The notes under the pieces were generated by a model. That model was given only the letters and a program-made list of their open reading frames with translations, was not told the DNA's origin and searched no databases. A stretch of DNA of 64,000 nt from Flavobacteriales bacterium (GTDB lineage Bacteria; Bacteroidota; Bacteroidia; Flavobacteriales_C; GCA-002722245), in NCBI GenBank assembly GCA_002722245.1, contig PBLA01000003.1, positions 99,109 to 163,108 of the forward strand, written 5' to 3'. Of the stretch, positions 58,034-64,000 are shown one piece after another (the first letter of the stretch is position 1; every line of letters starts with the position of its first letter). The translations under genes and the position numbers were made by a program.

Positions 58034-58849
58034 TTAATTATTTTTTAATATTCTTTTTATATAAGACTTCCCAAACAGTTTAAAAGCTAATCGAGTTGGG
58101 TTGACCCACCAAGGCTTAAAATTGTACCCTTTTTTAAGTATGCTTTTTGCTATAATTTCAGTTGCTTGATGAGGTTCCATGACGGGCGCTTTGTCAAATT
58201 TTTTGGTAGGGGCAATCATTCTGGTTCTCACTAAGGGTAAATAGATATTGCTACAAGTAACGCCTCTTTTGTTTAACTCTGGCTGGATGGATTTAAGCCA
58301 CGTATGAAAAGCTCCTTTTGAGGCCTGATAGGCAGACCAAAAAGGCATTGCAGGAAGCAATACAAGAAATGAAGAAATATTAATGATTTGACCATTCCGC
58401 TTAGAGATTTCTGGTAAAAGTTTTAATACCAACTCAATTGGCGCATAGTAATTTAAGTTCATAGTTCTTGTAAAGTCGTGAAACCTATCAAGAGAACTGT
58501 AAATTGATCTTCGAATGGATTTGCCAGCATTATTCACAAAAACATCAACTCCTACGTCCTTGGATTTTAAATATTTAAACACATCATCAATTGTTGATTG
58601 ATCCCGAAGATCTCCAGGAATATATGAGGCGTTGCCTCCATTTTTTTTTATGATTTCACAAACCTCTTTTAGTTTTTCAGAGGTTCTTCCCATCAGGACA
58701 AGATTGGTGTTTTTAAACGCGAGTTTTTCAGCAAGTAGTCTTCCAATACCAAATGAAGCACCTGTAATAAGGACTGTCTTATTGTACAATTTTTGCTCAA
58801 GATGTTTTTGGGAAACACTAAATTTTGGATACAAAATTCTATGAAGCAT
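58034..58849 (-). CDS. SDR-family short-chain oxidoreductase
   Basis: TGASFGIGRLLAEKLA NAD(P)-binding motif; catalytic YxxxK (YQASK); 271 aa. Confidence 0.8.
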   Translation of the reverse strand: MLHRILYPKFSVSQKHLEQKLYNKTVLITGASFGIGRLLAEKLAFKNTNLVLMGRTSEKLKEVCEIIKKNGGNASYIPGDLRDQSTIDDVFKYLKSKDVGVDVFVNNAGKSIRRSIYSSLDRFHDFTRTMNLNYYAPIELVLKLLPEISKRNGQIINISSFLVLLPAMPFWSAYQASKGAFHTWLKSIQPELNKRGVTCSNIYLPLVRTRMIAPTKKFDKAPVMEPHQATEIIAKSILKKGYNFKPWWVNPTRLAFKLFGKSYIKRILKNN

Positions 58850-59122
58850 TATTGTAATGAGTTTAAAGTTTGACGAAATTAGGAAAGGAAATGGCTATAA
58901 CCACAAAAAACATGTATTTAATAATAAAAATCGACTATTGAATATGAATGTTTTAAATAGGGGAGTCGTATTAGGTCTTGCTATGTGAGATAAAAAACAC
59001 TTAAAAAGGAAAATTTAATGATAAATGTAACTTTATGAGTGATTTAGCGTTATAATTTATAGTGTTACTTAAAAATGAGTCTTCTATTAAATCCTGACAG
59101 ATAAATTGAAGATAAAAATATT

Positions 59123-59152
59123 AGGCCGGCTTGATTACCCGGCCTTTATTTT
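59123..59152. terminator. Rho-independent terminator at the end of the polysaccharide gene block
   Basis: AGGCCGG-9 nt loop-CCGGCCT hairpin followed by TTATTTTT on +; also AT/T-rich on the minus strand immediately downstream of the glycosyltransferase gene. Confidence 0.6.
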
Positions 59153-59179
59153 TACTCAAATGTCAATAGCTGAGGCAAT

Positions 59180-60349
59180 TTAAAATTTAATGGCTTTTTT
59201 TGATATCTCTGAATAAGAAAAATGTTTTGGACCCATTTTAATTGCTGTACTTTTCATACTATCGAAAAGGTGTTTATTTTTGAAAACTTCACAAAAGGTA
59301 TCCATTATTTCTTCTTCAGTTCCATTATATAGCCATTTGCAATTTCCTCCTAAGTCTATGTGATCTATGCCATGCCATTTTCTAAAAATTCCGGGAATAC
59401 CAAGCCCTATAGATTCTTCCCATAAAACAGAATGGGTGCCAGGAAATATTGTTAAATCAGCAGCTAATAGAGTATATTTTATTTTGTTTGCTTTAATCCA
59501 TTCAAAATAAATTATATCTGATCCCTGTAATAAAGAAGATATTTCTTGTTCCATTTCGGGGACAGGTTGACCAAATAAAATAAATCTTATAGACTTGAAT
59601 AGAGGGTCTTTTTTTAATTTATTATAGCACTTAATGAGTAAATGAATGTTTTTTCTATCATCGAGTTTACCACCAGATATTATAACAAACTCGTTATTTT
59701 TTATATTAAGTTCTTTTCTAGCATTTTCTCTTAATTTTTGATAGTCATGTAAGTTTAAGTCACTATCATCAACACCAAAAGGCAAAAAATGAATTTTTTC
59801 TTCTCTTATTTTATACACATCCACAAAAAAATCTTTTCTTGTAGGTAATGTTGCAAAATATTTTTGAATGCCATGATCGGCTTTCCTAATTAAATAACCA
59901 TATAACCCTTTGTGTAATAAGTTTTTTGAAATCCAAGTTTTTGCACTGTTGAAATAATCAGTGTGAGAATCCGCAAAAACCTTAATGTTTTTGTTTTTTG
60001 CATATCTTACAACCTTAATAAGGTCCCAAAACTGGCAACCATGAATAAAAATAAGATCAGGATTGAAATTTTTTACTTCTTCAAGTGTTCCTTCATATTT
60101 TCTGACTTTTTTACCGAGGAAAGAGGGTAAATATTTTGAGTAAGCTATTCTTACAATTGGAATGTCGTCCTTCGTTCGATATTTACTTGGTTTAACATAT
60201 CCTAATTGTTTATTTGGCAAATAGGTTTCGGTTGAGGCTAGGATCTTTACTTGATGACCATGAAGTTGATGAAATTTTGTGAGTATGTTCTCTTGATACC
60301 CATAGTCATCAATATAAAAGTTGGCCAAACAACAATGTAAAATCCTCAT
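59180..60349 (-). CDS. Glycosyltransferase (GT4/GT1-like)
   Basis: 389 aa with a two-Rossmann GT-B-like layout and a C-terminal EESIGLGIPG-type segment; sits in the polysaccharide locus. Confidence 0.65.
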   Translation of the reverse strand: MRILHCCLANFYIDDYGYQENILTKFHQLHGHQVKILASTETYLPNKQLGYVKPSKYRTKDDIPIVRIAYSKYLPSFLGKKVRKYEGTLEEVKNFNPDLIFIHGCQFWDLIKVVRYAKNKNIKVFADSHTDYFNSAKTWISKNLLHKGLYGYLIRKADHGIQKYFATLPTRKDFFVDVYKIREEKIHFLPFGVDDSDLNLHDYQKLRENARKELNIKNNEFVIISGGKLDDRKNIHLLIKCYNKLKKDPLFKSIRFILFGQPVPEMEQEISSLLQGSDIIYFEWIKANKIKYTLLAADLTIFPGTHSVLWEESIGLGIPGIFRKWHGIDHIDLGGNCKWLYNGTEEEIMDTFCEVFKNKHLFDSMKSTAIKMGPKHFSYSEISKKAIKF

Positions 60350-60394
60350 AGAGTATTTTTTAATTTTATCGGCATGTTACGAACTATTATGTGC

Positions 60395-61792
60395 TTATTT
60401 CTTTTTTTCAAATATGGGATTTTCATTAAGAAATACATGTAGAATAGTATACATAAATATAGAGAAAAATATTCCTACGATTACATTTACAGTAAATAAA
60501 TCAAAGCCAAATCCCCGGTAGAATCCAAGGATGTAAGTAAAGGCAAAAACAAGACCTGGCATAATTGGAGAGAACTTGTTTTGTATTATGGATTCATACA
60601 TTCGCCTGAATAAAAAGTTTAGTACTAAAAGAATAAAACCGATGACAATTATTCCTGCAAAATGGAAATTCCAAAATGACTCGGCGTATACATTAATAGG
60701 CAAAGACCCTCCAATTCCATAAAATCCAGGATCTTCAATTTTTGTAAATACAGATGTCATATTTAATGGTTTCTCATCAAATAGAGACCTGGGTATTGGT
60801 ACGAAAAGAAGTTTAAAATAAGAAGCGCCATAACTTATTAATGAAGAATCGTGTTGAGCAAGAGACATTGCCTTGATGGAAACATAGGTTGTTGTAGGAG
60901 CTTCAGAAACAGTAAATAAGAGGCTTCCAACATTAAAGTCTTTTAATAGGTCATCGACATATTTATATGCCAAAAGAGGGTTGGAGATATCATATCCTCC
61001 AAAACCTCTCAAAATAGTCATAATGAGGAGGGAGTATATTAATATAATGATTGAAAGTAATGAAACTAAAATTTTTTTAAGAGAGAAATTAAATGTTTTG
61101 TAATTTTCAAATACGTTCTCAAATAAGATTATAGGTATAATCATAAATACGGCTTCTCTTTTTGATTCATAATTGGTTGCAACAAAAAGAAGAAGAATTA
61201 TGACATAGATTAGGAATCGTAGTTTTACTTTGTGCTTAGCTAACTCATAAAAAATGATAATTGATGCAATAGATTTTGGGATTGTTGAGAAATCCCCGTT
61301 TCCTCCAATTATAGCAAGATCAACCTTTAAAATGGAGAAGAGTAAAATAAGTAAAAAACAAAAAGATATTTTTTTAAAATTAAAACTAGTTTGTTTTTTA
61401 GGTTCAATAGGTTGGATACTTTGTGAAGGTAATATTAACATTGAAATGAATGAGCAGAGCGCGATATAGGCGTATGGAATATTAATGTCTTTGAGCAATT
61501 TATAGGATGTTGATCGATACTGGTAAACCTCTAAAAGAAGATTGTTATTCAAGGAATAGGCGCCCATAAAAATGTTTAGATTAACATAAAAAACCAAGAG
61601 AAAGCTTGGAGATAAAAAAAACATCCATTTTTTTTCAAAATCTTTTGAAATTTTAACAGCAAAAACAAGCTGTCCAAGAAACAATATGTGCGCCCATTTA
61701 AATGTAAATTGATCAGAGACAAAAAGCAAAACAATGATCAATAAAACAGAATAAATACTGTATAAAATTCTATTTAAAGAAAAGTGATTCAT
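60395..61792 (-). CDS. Polytopic membrane protein, O-antigen/oligosaccharide repeat-unit polymerase (Wzy)-like
   Basis: ~11 TM helices with a larger extracytoplasmic loop near the C-terminal third; placed between Wzx and a glycosyltransferase. Confidence 0.5.
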   Translation of the reverse strand: MNHFSLNRILYSIYSVLLIIVLLFVSDQFTFKWAHILFLGQLVFAVKISKDFEKKWMFFLSPSFLLVFYVNLNIFMGAYSLNNNLLLEVYQYRSTSYKLLKDINIPYAYIALCSFISMLILPSQSIQPIEPKKQTSFNFKKISFCFLLILLFSILKVDLAIIGGNGDFSTIPKSIASIIIFYELAKHKVKLRFLIYVIILLLFVATNYESKREAVFMIIPIILFENVFENYKTFNFSLKKILVSLLSIIILIYSLLIMTILRGFGGYDISNPLLAYKYVDDLLKDFNVGSLLFTVSEAPTTTYVSIKAMSLAQHDSSLISYGASYFKLLFVPIPRSLFDEKPLNMTSVFTKIEDPGFYGIGGSLPINVYAESFWNFHFAGIIVIGFILLVLNFLFRRMYESIIQNKFSPIMPGLVFAFTYILGFYRGFGFDLFTVNVIVGIFFSIFMYTILHVFLNENPIFEKKK

Positions 61793-63132
61793 TCGCTCTC
61801 AATGGATATTCTTTTTAGTTTAAAGAATGAATATAAACCCAATAATATGGTAAATAAGATGTAGAGAATAATTTGGTTAATGAACACAAGCAGTAAAGTG
61901 ATAATTGAAATTACAGAACATAGAATAATTATTTCTTGGCCTTTAAATTTTGCAATTACTGTAATAGTAAATGCTAAAAATAGCATAGAACTAAAAAAAG
62001 CAAAAGCGCCTGACTCATACCCCATGTATTGTAAAAAAAGTAGAATAAATGCAACATTCATGATAGCTGAAATAATGGACACCTTAGCAACAGAAAAGGT
62101 TTTTTTTTCTGCTACTAGTGAGTAGTTGGAAGAATAATAAAAGGGGAGGAAAATATGTGCGATTGCAATAATTGGAATTATTGAAAGTGAGCTAGAATAT
62201 TTCTGGAAGTATTCTAAAATTACATATTCTGCAAAAAGATTAAGCATTATAAATCCGAAGCATCCACAAATTAATGTAAAATAGATATAGTACCGTAGTT
62301 TTTTAGTTTTATCATCTGCGCTTTTAGCTTTATAAATTTGCGGTTCTAGATAAACGTTTGCTCCTTGAAAAGCAAAACTTAAACTGCTTGCAACCGAGAA
62401 ACCAAAAGTATATATCCCAACATCTTCGAGGGTTAAATATTTCTCAAAGATAAATCGGTCTACGTTTCCTAAAAGGTTATTTGCAATGGTATGAAAAACG
62501 AAGGGCCAACAAAATAAAATTAAAAATTTAAATGTCTTAGAATTGAATCTGAAATTTATAAGGGATTTAAATTCATTTATATTAATCAAAACCGTTATGA
62601 TTAAGGCGAAAAAAACACCCAATAAGTAGCTTAGGTTATTTTTTAATAGTAATGCAAGTCCAATTACAATTATAAATTTTAAGATTTGAAAAACCACTTT
62701 GAGTTTTAAGTAGTTTTTATGTTTTTCTGAGGTTCTTTGAATATTAAGAAGCAATTGCATTAAGTTTATAATCGATATATTAAAATGTAGAATAAAAAAG
62801 TTTGGGAATATTGGTATACCAAATAGTTCATTCACTCCAATTAATTTGAAAACAATTAATACGAAGAAAATAAGTACTTGAAGAGCAATGACTGAACTTA
62901 TTATGGTTTCAAGGAAGTTTTCATATTTTTCTTTCTCATGATAAAACCGAAGGATTGCTCTATCGAAGCCCAACATTGAAAACATTGGAAAAATTAATTC
63001 AGAGGCGACAAGTAATCCAATTGTTCCAAATTCGGAAACAGGAAGAAAAAGTGGTAGTAATAAAATTAATGCTCTATTTAGACCTTTTGCAACAGCTTCA
63101 ATCCCACCATATTTTAGAATGTTTTTAAGCAT
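61789..63132 (-). CDS. wzx: Polysaccharide flippase (Wzx/MOP family)
   Basis: 12-14 TM helices; N-terminal GGIEAVAKGLNRALILLLPLFL typical of Wzx/RfbX flippases. 4-nt overlap with Wzy-like gene. Confidence 0.7.
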   Translation of the reverse strand: MLKNILKYGGIEAVAKGLNRALILLLPLFLPVSEFGTIGLLVASELIFPMFSMLGFDRAILRFYHEKEKYENFLETIISSVIALQVLIFFVLIVFKLIGVNELFGIPIFPNFFILHFNISIINLMQLLLNIQRTSEKHKNYLKLKVVFQILKFIIVIGLALLLKNNLSYLLGVFFALIITVLININEFKSLINFRFNSKTFKFLILFCWPFVFHTIANNLLGNVDRFIFEKYLTLEDVGIYTFGFSVASSLSFAFQGANVYLEPQIYKAKSADDKTKKLRYYIYFTLICGCFGFIMLNLFAEYVILEYFQKYSSSLSIIPIIAIAHIFLPFYYSSNYSLVAEKKTFSVAKVSIISAIMNVAFILLFLQYMGYESGAFAFFSSMLFLAFTITVIAKFKGQEIIILCSVISIITLLLVFINQIILYILFTILLGLYSFFKLKRISIESE

Positions 63133-64000
63133 TAATTTGATCTAGCTTTTTTAAATCATTCTTAAGCTTAGAGGAGATTAATAAAAATGTGAGGATAATT
63201 ATAAAGAACAATGTTCCACCTATACCTCCGTAAATTATCGGATTAGCTGACTTTTCTTCTAATGGCAGCATAGGTCTATCAAGGACATTAAGTACATCGT
63301 TTGTTTCTTGGTGAGTAAATTTCGCTATTTCAAGATTTTTGATGTTAATTGCATACATTGTGTTTAATATTTCAATTTCTCGTGCTAACCTAAGTTCATC
63401 CAAACGATATTTTTTTCGCACAACAAAGTTGTTTTGATCGGATAGTGAAGCTAATTGTTCTTCTTTAACAAGTAAGATTGATTTGATGGAATCACTCTTG
63501 TTTGTTAAGATTGAAATGATAGAAAGTTTTTTTTCAGATGTTCTCTTTTCATAAAAGCTTTTTACAGCGTTTATAAAAAGTCTTGAAAATTGATAGGTCA
63601 CTTCTTCATTATTCATCGATACATTGTGTTTAATCACAGATGTTTTATTTGAAATATCAACACTTAACCTTTTTCTTTTTATTTCAAGATAAATCTCATT
63701 AATTAATTTGGATTCATATAGGGATAAAGAATCTTCATTATTTGATACGATACGAAAGGTCTCATTGTAAATTTCTTTTGGTTCTAGCTGAGGCAAACCG
63801 ATCGAATCCAGGTACAAATTAACATACAACTTGTTTATACCGTCATCATTAACCTGAGAGAACAAGGTTTTGTAGATTATTTTTTTTGAAACAGCTAACT
63901 CAGCTATGTTTTCAGGAGTCATTGAGCCTCCTCCTCCTCCCAAATCAAATCCAAATGACTCTGCTAAACCTAAATATTGATTTAATCCCGAACCACTTCC
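63125..64000 (-). CDS. Polysaccharide chain-length-determinant (Wzz-like) protein, C-terminal part; N-terminus beyond window end
   Basis: Frame open to the window edge. C-terminal TM helix (IIYGGIGGTLFFIIILTFLLISS) preceded by a coiled-coil-like periplasmic region. 8-nt overlap with wzx. Confidence 0.45.
   Translation of the reverse strand, partial: GSGSGLNQYLGLAESFGFDLGGGGGSMTPENIAELAVSKKIIYKTLFSQVNDDGINKLYVNLYLDSIGLPQLEPKEIYNETFRIVSNNEDSLSLYESKLINEIYLEIKRKRLSVDISNKTSVIKHNVSMNNEEVTYQFSRLFINAVKSFYEKRTSEKKLSIISILTNKSDSIKSILLVKEEQLASLSDQNNFVVRKKYRLDELRLAREIEILNTMYAINIKNLEIAKFTHQETNDVLNVLDRPMLPLEEKSANPIIYGGIGGTLFFIIILTFLLISSKLKNDLKKLDQINA

Noticed and set aside
1-64000. CRISPR arrays, rRNA/tRNA genes, transposases/integrases
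   Set aside because: I found no regularly spaced direct repeats and no tRNA-like cloverleaf candidates in intergenic gaps. No ORF has recombinase/transposase motifs. The low-GC islands therefore lack recognisable mobile-element boundaries.

Overview
This window is a chromosomal segment that looks like Bacteroidota, probably class Flavobacteriia: it is AT-rich, carries type IX secretion (T9SS) markers (a PorP/SprF-type gene and type-B sorting domains), and many genes appear to start without a Shine-Dalgarno sequence. About 50 protein-coding genes are called. Recognisable housekeeping genes are asd, gltX, leuS, uvrC, nadA, mnmG, ybeY, ispD, thiL, dprA, recO, a DEAD-box helicase, a twin-NBD ABC ATPase and two SDR enzymes. 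They are interleaved with accessory and surface genes: a 1464-aa PKD-repeat T9SS adhesin transcribed divergently from a PorP/SprF operon, a lamin-tail-domain T9SS cargo, two MORN-repeat proteins, a TonB-dependent receptor, transglutaminase-like DUF3857 proteins, and a low-GC Wzx/Wzy/Wzz/GT polysaccharide locus at the 3' end. I found no rRNA, tRNA, CRISPR array, transposase or integrase. The stretches most worth follow-up are: (i) a compact, AT-rich two-gene island (24249-25882) encoding a minimal P-loop NTPase translationally coupled to a two-TM membrane protein, which is a candidate for an uncharacterised defence/abortive-infection-like module; (ii) a small HTH regulator gene wedged between mnmG and uvrC and preceded by two identical perfect 16-bp palindromes; (iii) an M43 metallopeptidase homologue in the PorP/SprF operon whose zinc-binding motif appears to be degenerate; (iv) a TPR/MORN giant protein in an operon with two transglutaminase-like proteins; and (v) a 466-bp AT-rich intergenic region with iterated motifs. 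Every call rests on reading motifs in the supplied translations and DNA; no database searches were run.
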